The notes under the pieces were generated by a model. The model made no database searches and was not told the DNA's origin. It saw only the letters and a list, made by a program, of their open reading frames with translations. Position numbers and translations under genes: made by a program. From Haplodiscus bocki (lineage: Eukaryota): a stretch of DNA of 64,000 bases. The stretch's first letter is position 1, and every line of letters begins with the position of its first letter. Shown one piece after another: positions 28,067 through 40,665 of the stretch. The stretch covers positions 22,568,001-22,632,000 of the forward strand of contig OZ296656.1 in assembly GCA_965655095.1 (NCBI GenBank), written 5' to 3'.

Positions 28067-28620
28067 ACTGGAAACTCAACAAACATTAAATTTTGTACAT
28101 AGTATTGCGTCCATGTAAATGATACGCAACGCCCACGTGTCCGTTCTGAAATTTTGTTCATATGAACGATTTGTAGTGTCTACCTATCGTTGCTTACTTT
28201 TATCTTCACGTAACTGAGAAGTATGGTATACGTGAAACTCTGGTGTACTGATCCAGACTGGGACGGAACCTTTACGGAAAAAACGGATTTTTACATATTT
28301 TCTTAATTGCAAATATATATTAAAAAAGGGCGCTAAATTCAAAATCACTTGTGTACTTTTTAGTACACACCTACATTTTCAACAACCAGAACGGTGATTC
28401 AAATTGTATTTGAGAATGTCAATAAGTTTGCTGTAGCTATGACTTCGAACGTAGAGCTTGACTTTAAAAGTGAATTTTTGTTCCGTTCGCGTTCCGTCGC
28501 TATCAATCTGGTGACCTCACCAGAATTCAATCCAATCCACTGTCCTACTATACAGTGTAAATTTGGCCAAACACGCAGCGGTTCCGCATCCACTCGATAC
28601 ATTCTTCTAATTAGCACTGG
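27988..28620 (+). repeat. 3' LTR of copy A (truncated)
   Basis: Direct repeat of 16135-16770; similarity stops abruptly near 28620. Confidence 0.85.
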
Positions 28621-29048
28621 AAGAAACATTTTGTACAATTTTTTCTGCAAAAACTAAATGTTTCCGATAATGTTTGTCGCTGAAGGAGTTAATATTTTGA
28701 TTTCCGGTTCCAGTGGTTCAAAATCGTCTTCTTTTTGTCAAAAATGGACAAGAGAAGATTCAAGAATGACGAAATTAAACCTGAATATTGTTTCAAGAAA
28801 TTAAACTTGCTTTTCGTTGTCTTCTACGGTTTTATTCAGTGTGCGAACAACTGTTCCCGTCCAGGAAAAAGAACTATTAGGAGAATTGAATTTACCAAGA
28901 ATGATTACCCTTGTATTGATGCTATTAATTCTTCGCTGAAGCCATAGTTTTTGGATTATTGATAATCACCATTTGTTTTACAATTTACTCCAAGAACAAG
29001 TTGCTATTCAAAAAAGTCAATTCAGTCTTCAATGGATCAATTTTCCAA

Positions 29049-32000
29049 ATTCCTACTTTGCGAAACAACATGAGTCTTGCTGCAGTTAACAGACAACGTT
29101 GAGAGGAGCAGCAAAGGAACAATTTGTCACTAGAAAGTTTGAAGATTGTGTAACACAGGTTTCCAGAGACCAGTGACGTAGGGTCCAAATAACTAAAAAG
29201 CTAAACTAGATTTTCAGCAGGAGAGAAAATCAAATCGACGGCGAACTGTCCAAGCTAGACGAGTTTTTTCTTATCTCACAAATCAGGTTTGAATCAAATA
29301 AATTCCATGGACAAAGACAGTGAAAACCAGAAATGTAACCGGGCCGTTCCGAGAACGATCTTCGTCCTGATGCGGGCACTACAGTGAAAAGGTCCCTCAC
29401 TCAGTTGAATCAGGCCCCAACGACATTTTTGACATGATGACATGACTTTAAGAGAACATTGCTTAGCGCACCCTGTGACTTCATCAGGAAAGCAAAAGAA
29501 AATGAGTTCTTCTTCTGGCTACAATTCTGCAGTGAAAACACCCTTGCGAAGTTCTAAGCAGGCCGTGTTTTCGCACTTCAGCAACGGGCCAACAAAAGCA
29601 AAACTGCAAACTTCAAAAACAACGTCAATTGAACCCCCAAGCTATCGAGTTCAGTCAAAACAGCACAGTCAACTTGAACTCTTGGAAAACAATTTTAAAC
29701 TAGCTTGAAGTTTATAACCAGAAGCTCACCCCAAAAAAAAAGGAAACTTTCTTAGCAGTAGTCGGTAGCAAAAAATCCAATCATCAATCAAGGGCTATGT
29801 TGAAACAAAAATTCCAGAAAATCGTCTTAAACCTTGTAAATTTAAGAAAAAGCGTTTTTTGATGAACCACACAGACTGACAAACTGAGACTTCGGCAAGT
29901 CTGCCAAACAGTTGTTGAACAATTCACATACACTAAAAAGCCACAAGTCTGAAGAAATTAATGAACCCAGCTCATCTTGAAACTGGGATATGAGAAAGAA
30001 TTGTCACGCATCCTGAACGGTTGAGGGAACTGAATGGTTCGTAACCAGAGACGAGCTGACAGGGAAAACAAGAAGTCGAAACAGTGACTCAGGACTTTTC
30101 TAAACAAGGACAACACCTTACTGGCATCAATTTGTCAAATGGAGCGACAAAAAACCGACAAAATAAGGGCAACAAAGATAAGGCTGTAAACAATAACAGT
30201 GTCACTAAAATTCTAACCCCAACAAAAACAAAAACGACCTCCAAAAAATGAGTTAACCTGCAAAACAAAATCAGCCCCAATCGGCGGACATATAGAAAAA
30301 AACCATTGGAAGTATGGAGGCTGCGGCTTCTCATTCTGGAGCTGCACCTGACAGATCGGCGACGACGAGATTGAGTATACTTCCAGCCATCACAGAAACA
30401 GTTCGGCAGCAAAGACCGGGGCTATTCATGGGGCATTCCAAGTTAGTTAAAAAAATTGATAATCCGAGCACAAAAAGTACTTAAGAACCCTCTCACTGGA
30501 ACCCACACAGAGAGTTGATGTAGATTCACAAAACGTAACTATCAGAAAAAAATTTACTTCAAGAATTCAGATCTGTTACTGAGGCTTCCCCCAGAAATTG
30601 AAACTGAGACCAGACGATATCCGTTCCCGCTCAACTAGCAGAACAGTCCAACAGTTTTCTGAAAACCCTGTGCCTAGAACTCATACAGTCGTTTTGGAGA
30701 CAACAATATTCTTCCTCTCACAAAAACGACCCCACATTGACTTTATGACTGTGAAAGATAAAGAACTTTTGAGCTGTACTCGAATTGTTTTTTCAATATA
30801 GTTCAGAAAAAGAAAAGTGAAAATGCTAAAAGTGTCTCATTTTGAAAACGGGAAAACATATGACAGCTTAGTATACTGCAGAGCTACTGGTAGTTCTATT
30901 GAAGAAACTAAACGGGACAGGATCAAACAACAAACACCCAACAACATCTTCAAAATTGCCAATCATCCAAGTTCTTAAAAACGCGTGGCAAAAGGCCAGG
31001 TAAGGAATCCGACAGTAACAATCACGGTAATGAAAGGTATTGTACCTTTTTCTAATCTTTTTTTAAGATTCTAATAGTTCTCACTTTTACGTTGCACTCG
31101 ATGCTAGATAATAGTGTAGTTTTTGACATCACACAGGGCCTCGTACATTTTCCCTACTCGACAATGCAGGTCAATAGTACCAAAAACGGAGAAAAAAAAC
31201 CGCAGGCGGTCCTTGGTTAAGATATCTTGACATCTTTTCCAATGTCAATGAAAGCGACTATAGCGTTCATTGATCATCTCCCAAAAAGCGAAAAGTTTTG
31301 CAACACTTTTTTATGATTCCGCTGCGTCTCAGCAAATTTGTTGATTTCACATTCAGAATCAAGCACATTCGAAAGAAATTTTCAGTAAAAGTAAACTACA
31401 AATTACACTGTTGTCAACCTACACTGTGAAGAGGAATGCACAGATTTCCGAGACTGCAGTGTTCACTCCAGAAGGAGCCAAGCTCACCAAATTTAAGAGA
31501 AACGGCAATACGGCAGCAACCAGTATGATTGTGGAAATTGATTTGGATCTGTTTTCGTGCTGCAACAAATTGCTCAGAAACAACAAAAAGTAACATCACA
31601 ACAACAGAGCAACACAACAGCTTCTTGTCTCTTGGACAAGAGAGATCGGGACAAAATGAGGATTAAACTGCAGTTAAAATGAATATCCTCGACGTTTTGT
31701 TAGAAATCAAAACTCAAGAGAAACTCTCACCAAGACAGACTTGGTAGGACGCAAAAATCCTGAGTGGTCTAACTGGACCGACCACTGCTTACATACGCCG
31801 AGAAACAGGCAGTTGAGGAGGTCGTAGACTAGTACCATGATAATTTTGCCACGCAGAGAAAGGACACCGAGAAAAACATGGAGTTCAGGTTGAAATTGAC
31901 ACAAAAGACAGCGAAGCTGTAAACAGACAAAATCTTTCAAGGTCAATACATTTGAGAGACGAGCTAATCATTGAATTGGCCCTAGAGCATAAAAGTGAGA

Positions 32001-34960
32001 ACATTATTACTGGCAAATTCAAATAGACTGCAGGCCTCACTTTTGCACAAGTCGGAGAAATTACGCCATCTGGACAAATAGGTCTACTTGTGGACTTACA
32101 GAAACTCAGTTTAACCTCAGTTGCCTTTCAATTTGCCGGCTGGTTTTTTGCAGACAGGAAATTTGCACAAAGCCTCAGTAGCGTCGTGCCTGCACTTTCA
32201 AGCGTGATGTTTTTATACTTGATCCCAGCTGTCAAGGCTAAACAATGTACGTTACTCTTTGTGGTTGATAACGAATTAGCAGGCAATACAGGAAGATTTC
32301 GAGTGCTTTCACGAAGCAGACTCAGAACTGACAAAGTTCAGCGAAGTTTAATTTAATGGTAGGGCCATTTCACCGTACCAAAAGACACTGCAGTCTCACA
32401 AAACTGATTTTTTTCCCAACAGAGGGAGATTCCACAAACAACAATATGATTTGCTCCTTTATCTGGATTTAGTTAATTTTTCACAAAAATTACATTTCCA
32501 GAAAAGTGTAGAAACTCAACTCATTATCAATTTTCTGAAAGCTGAGACTCCTATCATTATAATAACTGAAATCCAACAAACATTCGAATAAGTGAACAAA
32601 GCATTCAATGGTGCTTGCAAAGTGGCCATGAAAAAACCACTTCTTGGTAACCAACTCGTCCTCTTAAATAATGCAAGGTTCAAAAGTGCCGTTATGCCCT
32701 CATGGTTGATGATAACTAAGAATGAAAATGCGGTCAAAACAAAAACATTGGACCAAGTCGCTTTTGGATCAGAAATCCAGTTTCTTGTTCAACTGAAAAT
32801 GTCAATATACTCGAAGGTGTTCTTGGCTGTAGACAAGATTTTTCTCGAGTTGGCACATATTTTGTGGGATGCCGCAAACCAAGAATTGTCCTGACAGATG
32901 AAAAATATCTCACACAAATCTTCCAGACAAAAGCAAGTCGACCAACGCTGGAGAACGCGTGTGATATTGTATTGAATGTCAAATTGAGAAAAGCGCTTCT
33001 CGCAGGTTCAATCGTTACAGCGCTGTACAACAGTGTTCAATTTCACTGACAAAGTCTGGATCTGAAGTTCGGGTGAACATACTCAGTCACCTAAAAGAGT
33101 TGACACCGTTTTTTTCTCAAAAGTTGCTGAAAAAGAGTACTTTCTCTTCACACAAGAAGACAACAGATTTGAGAATTAGGAACAAGTTTCCAAAAAGGAA
33201 CAAAAACCTTGAAAGAAAACGGCAGACTGTATAGCAAAAGAAGAACTATGCTCATTGAAAACATTTATAAGGGGACTTGGGAAGATCAACGAAACCTTAC
33301 ATCAAAAGACACAAGGCAATTGCATGAAAAGTCATCGGTCTGATGAATACGACAGTGACACTGAAAATGATCAAGTAACCATTTAATAAAGTGTTACTAA
33401 AAGTGAATAAGAGTTAAATAAACTAAAGGGTAAATGGGAAGCGCAACAACCTGACATGTAACCTACTGCACCTAAAATACTACGAGAACAAGGGAAGGTC
33501 AACCTCTGTCGAATCCTGTTACCAAAACAATTTGTTAACCAAGTGCTACACAACGTACACAGACAACTTATAAAGTATCCTGGAATCGTTAAGCCCATAA
33601 GGTAGACAAAACTATGGTTCAAATATGGCATTACTAATCATTTGGCGGGGAAACTCAGCTGAGCAAAAGGTCAGACAATCCTGACTTGATAATAGATTCA
33701 TGGAGTATCCTAGCGAATATGTTAGAGGACCAGAAAACGCCACAAATATAAGGTTTTTTTTGGAGTTTCCTCCACTCGTGATTACAGAGACATTGCTACA
33801 GTCAGGGACATATTCCCTGGGGGCTTGTTCGCCTATCCAACCACAAACCAAGTGGCTAAACTATTGCCATAATCATAAATAACTTTATGACCCAGCAACT
33901 CATTGCCGACAACAGTCATCTCCGTAAGAGGATCGTTGTTTTCTGTCACAACCTATCAAAGAAGCGGCAGACTTTTTATGAATTTTTTCGGAACAGACAT
34001 GGCCTCACATGGATTGTCAATGGAATGACTTTAAAGATAATATTCCTCATTAAAGAAGGCGATAAGTAGCAAAACGGACGAACCAAATTCAACTTGGCAC
34101 CTGTATATCAATCAACATTAGAGTGCTCAACTATATGAAGTCCTACTACCCACGCATAGAACTCGAGCTCCGTCAAACGCACCACGGAAGCCGTCGTAAC
34201 GAAGTCGAAGACTTAAAAGTTGACTTTCACCCAAGAAACATCCAAAACCGAACTTGCCAAATGCTAGAGTTGTTCTTGAACAGAGAGAAGAAATTTACGG
34301 AAATTCTCGCTAAAACACTAAACAGACCCACATCAGGTATATATTGTACTGCTATAAGAAATTTTGTACGTCATACAGCTGCAGGAAGATCATCTAAGAA
34401 TAAAAACTCTTTCATAAAATTCCGCTGTGTTGAACCATACAACCTCGCAAAAACTTCACGAAAAAAAAATTATTTGGCCCCGAAGATCGGAATGAACAAA
34501 ACTCGAGTACTTTATCACATACGAAAACGTCCGTTAATACCCATGGGTCCCAAAAAATGGTTTTACAAAAAACATCTTAAAGGTGGAAGCAGAGCCCCGC
34601 AGGGACTAAGGCGCCACGAGACACCCTCACCTCGATTGTGTTTGGAAATCTGACATGAAAACAGTTTTCGAGGTTAATCAAGTTGAGCTTAACCTCCTTT
34701 GTCATGTGAAGTAGACAGCTGTCAGATGTGACAAAACGACTGAAGATGCCAGTAGTAAACGAAGCAATATGCCAGAAAGCCGCCCAGAACGTTTTCCTCG
34801 AACAGACGGGATATTCGACGCAACGGATACGGATCAAGATAAAAGATGACAACGGACACGAATTTGGAGCGTCATGAACGTATTTCCTTTTTCCCCTTCA
34901 TTGAAAAGTACGGTCTGCGTCAGAGCCTGAAATCCAATTGCAACGACAATTAGATATATT
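29049..34960 (+). pseudogene. heavily decayed gag-pol of copy C
   Basis: Remnants collinear with copy A: PTLRNNMSLAAVNR, TSSGKQKK, VAFGSEIQFLVQLKMSIYSK, terminal KYGLRQSLKSNCND. Confidence 0.8.
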
Positions 34961-35249
34961 AGTTTCTCAGTATTTCATATTTTTTTCCTGGTTTTCCCTA
35001 GTAAAATAAAAGAATCGCTTAGGTATACTCACTGGGTTTTTCCTGAAGTCTTTCTGCAGATTCTTTACTGATAATTTGCCCGTTTCTCAAGGGAACCTGA
35101 AGCTACATATTGGTTGTAGACTAATTGACTTGCTACTCTCTCCCATCACGTCAAAAAGACTATTCCCATGATTAATCCACACTAAAAATACAAATTTTTA
35201 GTTTGCAGTTAAAGATGTACAGGAAGGCGTAGTTCAACTTTAGTTGAAA

Positions 35250-38200
35250 AATCTGCATCTTACCACATTCCTAGATTGGAAGTCTGGGTGACTGCTGGTT
35301 TAAAAGGGCCTTGAAGCTTGGGTCATCAAAACAAGAAAACCATTTTCGAGGAATGAAGGAAAGGCTCTAATTCGAGCTTTTCTTGTTATTGAAGGGACTA
35401 GCAGAAGGAGCCTTCTTTTCTATTTTGTCGGTAACGTTTCGACTTTTACTAAATTAGTGGAGTCCGAGCTCATGTTCATCGATGAACACTTAGTGTGTAC
35501 GTTCTTCCTCAACTACATCAAGAATCTATTTTAGTGATCTTGTGACTGGCTCCGACACAACAGAAGACTCTTTGCTTGCAACACTGTACCACAGCTGTTC
35601 TTTGTATCTAGCCATTGGTTGAAGAAAAACATAGCGTTGTTCACCCAAGCACGAAAATCAGGTTAACCTCAGGCAATGAATCCGTCCCAACAAGCCCGCG
35701 ACGATCAAAAACTACACTGGTGGTGATGATGTTGGTCATGGCAAACCTACATCGAGTCGGAAGACAATTTCTGTCGGGTGAAAAGAGGACTCTTGGGCCC
35801 GGACAATTGGCTCACGCACTACCAAGGCTGTCTACCGAAAGTACTGAAACAAAAAAGTACTCACTTTCTCTTACAATGTTTAACCCTTCTCGCCCTTCTC
35901 ATGTAGGATATATTACATACGTTGTACAAATGACGCCGAGCGGGGAAACCAACCTGTGAAGATTGGAAGGACGGGATAATCTCTACATTTATATGATTCC
36001 TGTCAAAACCTCACAATTGTCTCTCCTGCATGAATGACGGGGAATTGCCTTAGGATTCTTGGATCTCAGAGCCATTGATACAACCTCTATCCGTCAACCC
36101 TTCTTTCGAGACCCCAAAAAATGAAATGGAGCTTAATTGCGGCCCCCAATCAGAGTTGCGAGGCAGACACAGCTTAGCCCCTGGCCCATCAAAAGTCTTG
36201 CAGCGACAGCAGAGAGTACACAGTTCGTAAAATTCTAATGAAATCTTAGAGCATCTTACCAACGTTTTGTTTTCAAGTAGCAACTCCCGATTTTGTTGCG
36301 AACTATCAAACGACGTGTCCCGACGATAATTTGCTCTCTCGAGTTACAGGGTACTTGGAGTAGTTGGAGAACTTGTACTCCTCTGACTCCTTACTAAGGC
36401 GGAAGGAATAGCATGTCCCTGTCCTGTGGAGAAGGCAGCAAGTGAACCGGCAAGGTTCACCATAGGCAAAACAGCCATAATTAGTGCTTAAAAACTGCTG
36501 TAGAAGGAAGTTGTCGTAAAATGAAACTGAACAAAACTTTTTTACCAGACAGTGAACGTGGAATTTATCCCAAAGAATCCTAATTACAACCTTCCCACAT
36601 TTATTTAGCAACAAACTGGGAACAAGAATAGTGAGTTCCTTGATTCTTGCTGCAGATAATCGGAACAGTTACGTCAGAAAAAATGGAAATATTATAATCT
36701 TATGTAATACAATATTGAGCATGAAGACAAAGTTCTGCAAGCATGCAAAGAGACGAATGGTCATGCGCTCCATCTGGTAAACGTGGAAATACCCTTCCAA
36801 ACTCTTTCTCGAATCAACAGAAGCAAAAACTGCTACAAAAAGACAAAGGCAGTAAAATTGGAACCGTGAAGTAGACTATACCCTTAGATTGTCGCTGTCG
36901 CCTTTTTCCGACTTTCTTCTTCGGGTACAAGGCAATCAAGTGCCGAACCCCGAATTTATTCTCAACCAGTTTGATGAGGCTTGATCTTGAGAGATCATCC
37001 GTCACTACAGTTCTCCGGATGACGGGGTGGGAAAGCATCCAATCCAAATGTTCGGTTCTTTCAGCCTAGTGGGAACAAATTTGGCCTCCAAGAATCGATC
37101 AAAACTCCCGAAACACCCTTGAGGTAGACAGTGCTTGAAAAGGCCCATGTTATAGGTCGTGTAGTCAATTGGGTTTCGCTTGTACCGGCTGCGGATGTAA
37201 CTACTAACCGAGTCTTCAAAAATATGGAAGCCACCACAGAGGGTGAAAGCAGAAACATTACTATCAATGACTTCTACAAATCGTTCGAGAATTGCAGTCA
37301 TTTGCTGGGGATCGCCACTCCAACGGTTGAGGACCGCCACACAATATCTTCCAAACTCAGTCTTCTTCCATGTGCTTACCAAAACCCAGAACTTTCCGAG
37401 GTGCTCCTAAAAATTTGTGCGACCGGAGCTGTAAGCTTTAGCCCAACACCTGACTTAGGAAAGGATGCTTGGTACATCCTGCTTAGAATAGTGGATTTCA
37501 CGAAATCTTGTGAGGCTCATGGGTGAAAACAAACGCATATTCATTCGGCAAATTGGGCAGCAAAATTGATTGAACGTCTCGATTGCATCAGTTGAAACAT
37601 ATGCAAAGAATCGACAACATCATACGACTCAGAAAGTTGTCCCCGTTTTGTAGTTTGCCTAAGTCTCGTCACGGATCGTGTCGAAAGTTTCCATCGGAAG
37701 AGGAGCTGGCCGTGATGGCCTTTGGTCCAGTCCGCTAAGCACTTCATAAAACTCGGTGAGCAAAGAAAAAAACGTACAACAGATACGAGTAAATACTTGT
37801 AAATTGAGGAGAAGACATTAACTACTCTTGATGGGGCCCATAGTCTGCATTGTGTCTTCTTCGCAGACTGAGCTAAAACGATTGATGAGATAGTTACCAG
37901 TCGCGTGAACTGTTGCACTGGCAGAATTGACAGCAAGATGGTCTGCTCAGAAAACCCGGACCTGAGGAGCCAACATGGAACGATACTAGTATTGTACTCA
38001 CTTGGAACAAACCATATCGTCGTCGAATTTTTTTTTCAAAAGGTCGAGACTGCAATCACGTGTACAGTGCAAAACGGAGCTGATGCGCTATGGGTTGAAA
38101 GGACTAGCTGAAGGGTGATCATAACGTCTTTTCTATTTGTGTGAATGTAGGCCTCTACCGCGCCCTTGAATAGTCACCAGCCCTGGAATAAGCTCAGACC

Positions 38201-38970
38201 ACTTCATCTACAAAAAACCAGTAACTCGGTGTCAGAGTACAAGAACCACAAGAGTAGTATAAACTTGACGCCATTGCCAAGGAAGGGTTCTCTTGGTGCC
38301 TCTTGCAGAGACATCCTCTCATGATATCGCACCCTCAGTCTTGATTTCAATTCCTCAAGTATCCGGAACATCAACTGTGTTCCTCAGGATATGCAACCGA
38401 CTCCCCGGAAGAAACTAACACTGAAACACACAAATCACAGGAAGTACTCTTGATGTAACAGCACACGCTATAAACTACCTTAGAGGAGAAATGTAGCTTG
38501 CCTATATGTTACTCTATAGGCAACAGTTAACGAGAATGAAGGATGAGTACTACTCCTTGGTTATTCTTGAAGTAACCACAGCACCTTTAGAATGAGTCTC
38601 TCAATCTTCAAAAACATCAGCAAATCCAATTGCTTCAGGTTTAGCCCTTCTGTCGCTGGCATCAGAGTTGACAACGTCCACGAAGCCCTGGTTTCTGTCA
38701 TCGCTTTCCGCTTACGTGGCCGGAAGTGCTACGGCCACCCTCTGCTTCATCGAGCTCCAAGCTTTGTAATGGCTCCAAGCTCATTGAGAACTCACCTGGC
38801 ACAGCTGCCTCCGTTTCTCTCCAAAACAAAAAAATCGTTGACAAAAAGAGGATTCAGAGACAATCGCAGTGCAAAGAATCACGAGAGATTAGTCCCTGCG
38901 GCCGTCAATTTTTTTGGCAAAGGGGATGACACCCCTTCAAATTCAGAAGAACTATTCCTGGCACAAAACT
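35250..38970 (-). pseudogene. antisense cargo gene of copy C
   Basis: VSTWKKTEFGRYCVAVLNRW...AILERFVEVIDSNVSAFTLCGG (37005-37382) matches copy B VLTWERFTFRRVCVAVLSRL...TILAKFLDATGPDTSVVSLHGG; NCVLSAVAARLLMGQGLSC (~36200) matches copy A NCLLSTVASKLLVGQRVGC. Confidence 0.72.
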
Positions 38971-39048
38971 TGCAAAACAGACGTGGAAAATCAAAAGGTG
39001 GTAAGACATATTTTTTGTTCATGGATTTTTACCTGCTCGTGCTGGCAA

Positions 39049-40663
39049 CCCGGGTCGAAATAATGGCCGAAATTTTTCCGGTATCAGGGCGTTAACGGCG
39101 GCCAAAGTTAGCCACAGAAGCCGCTCTTAACCGGAAAATTACCGGCGTTAACGGCGTTTTTTGTCGGTATAAATGCGTTAACGGCGTTTAACCGGAAAAA
39201 CAAGCGCGTTAACGGCGTTTAACCGGAAAAATAGCGGCGTTAACGGCGTTTAACCGGAAAATTAGCGGTTTTAACGGCGTTTAACCGGAAAAACAGCAGA
39301 GTTAACGGCGTTTAACCTGAAAGATAGTGGCGTTAACGGCGTTTTACCGGAAAAATAGCGGTGGTAACGGCATTTAACCGAAAAAATAGCGGCGTTAACG
39401 GCGTTTAACCGGAAAAATAGGAGGTTTAACGGCGTTTAACTGGAAAAATAGCGGCGTTAATGGCGTTCAACCGGAAAAACAGCAGAGTTAACGGCGTTTA
39501 ACCTGAAAGATAGTGGCGTTAACGGCGTTTAACCGGAAAATTAGCGGCGTTAACGGCGTTTAACTGGAAAAATAGCGGCGTTAAAAGCGTTGATTCGGAC
39601 AAATAGTGGCGTTAATGGTGTTTAACCGGAAAAATAGCGGCGTTAACGGCGTTTAACCGATAAAACAGCGAAGTTCCGAAAACATGGGTTTTAACGGAAA
39701 ACCAATTTGAAGATTTCAGACAGAAAAAAGAACAGAAACAATATTCTCGAGCTTTCAGAAAAAAACCCAATGGAAAACAAAGAACCCTACAGGTATCAAT
39801 CGATCATGGCCTTCGTAAACCGTAAGAGTTAAAATAGAAAAACTTGAAAAGAAAGAGAATTAAGATGAAAACCGTTGGAACTTTGCAAAACTAGAACTAA
39901 GAAGTCAAGTCTTGACATGCTCAGTTTTTGCGTAATCTCAACTGGTCATGACATGGTCAATGACACTGACAGTTTTACCACGTGACGAAGCAAATTCAAA
40001 GCTCCACCAATAAAAACAAAATTACAAAATGTGAAGTTCCTTCCGAAAACATGGGTTGCACCAAATAACCGTTTGACGATTTCAGACCAAAAATTCAAAA
40101 TTTTGACTTTGGGCATTTGAGAACGAAACAAAGAAACCATAAGACCTCAGAGGCAACAAGTGGAGATGGACCTCGTAACCAGGAAGAAATAAACTAAAAA
40201 TAGTTTGAGAGAGGCATCCAGGTTGAAACTGTCAAAACTTCCGCAAGACTCTAACTAGTCAAGTCGTAAAACGATCATCTTTTTTGTAAACTTACTTGGC
40301 CATGGCAAGTTCAATGACACTACCAATGCCGCCACGTTCAGACCCAGACTCCGCTCCCCTGCAGTTCTTCCTCACTTTCGAGGAAATATGCTCTAAAAGC
40401 TTCGTAATCCTTTGTCAAGTAAATGATTGACCATGAGTTTCTCATTCTTCATGGAGTGAGAAAATCAGATTTTTTGTAGACACATGTTTTTTTTGGTATA
40501 ACAGCGTTAACGGCGTTCAACCGGAGCGCTAACGGCGTTAACGGCGTTCCTTGTCGGTATAAAGGCGGTAACGGCGTTTTGCTTGTAAGTTAACGGCGTT
40601 AGCGGCGTTTACGCCACTTTACCGGAAAAATAGCGGCGTTTTCCCAAAAAAGTTCGACCCGGG
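39049..40663. mobile_element. Non-autonomous CACTA/EnSpm-like element, short copy
   Basis: CCCGGGTCGAA...TTCGACCCGGG with AA on both flanks; 31-bp repeats at 39085-39670; internal sequence closely matches 6960-7400 joined to ~15160-15723. Confidence 0.8.
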
Positions 40664-40665
40664 AA

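Larger units (their letters stand above)
16135..28620 (+). mobile_element. Ty3/Gypsy LTR retrotransposon copy A (near full length, 3' LTR truncated)
   Basis: LTR, PBS, gag-PR-RT-RNaseH-IN, cargo, PPT, LTR in order; 16135-16770 is repeated at 27988-28620. Confidence 0.92.

Noticed and set aside
38592-39095. 167-aa plus-strand ORF
   Set aside because: Shadow of the minus-strand acidic exon of the copy C cargo gene, and it runs across an element junction.
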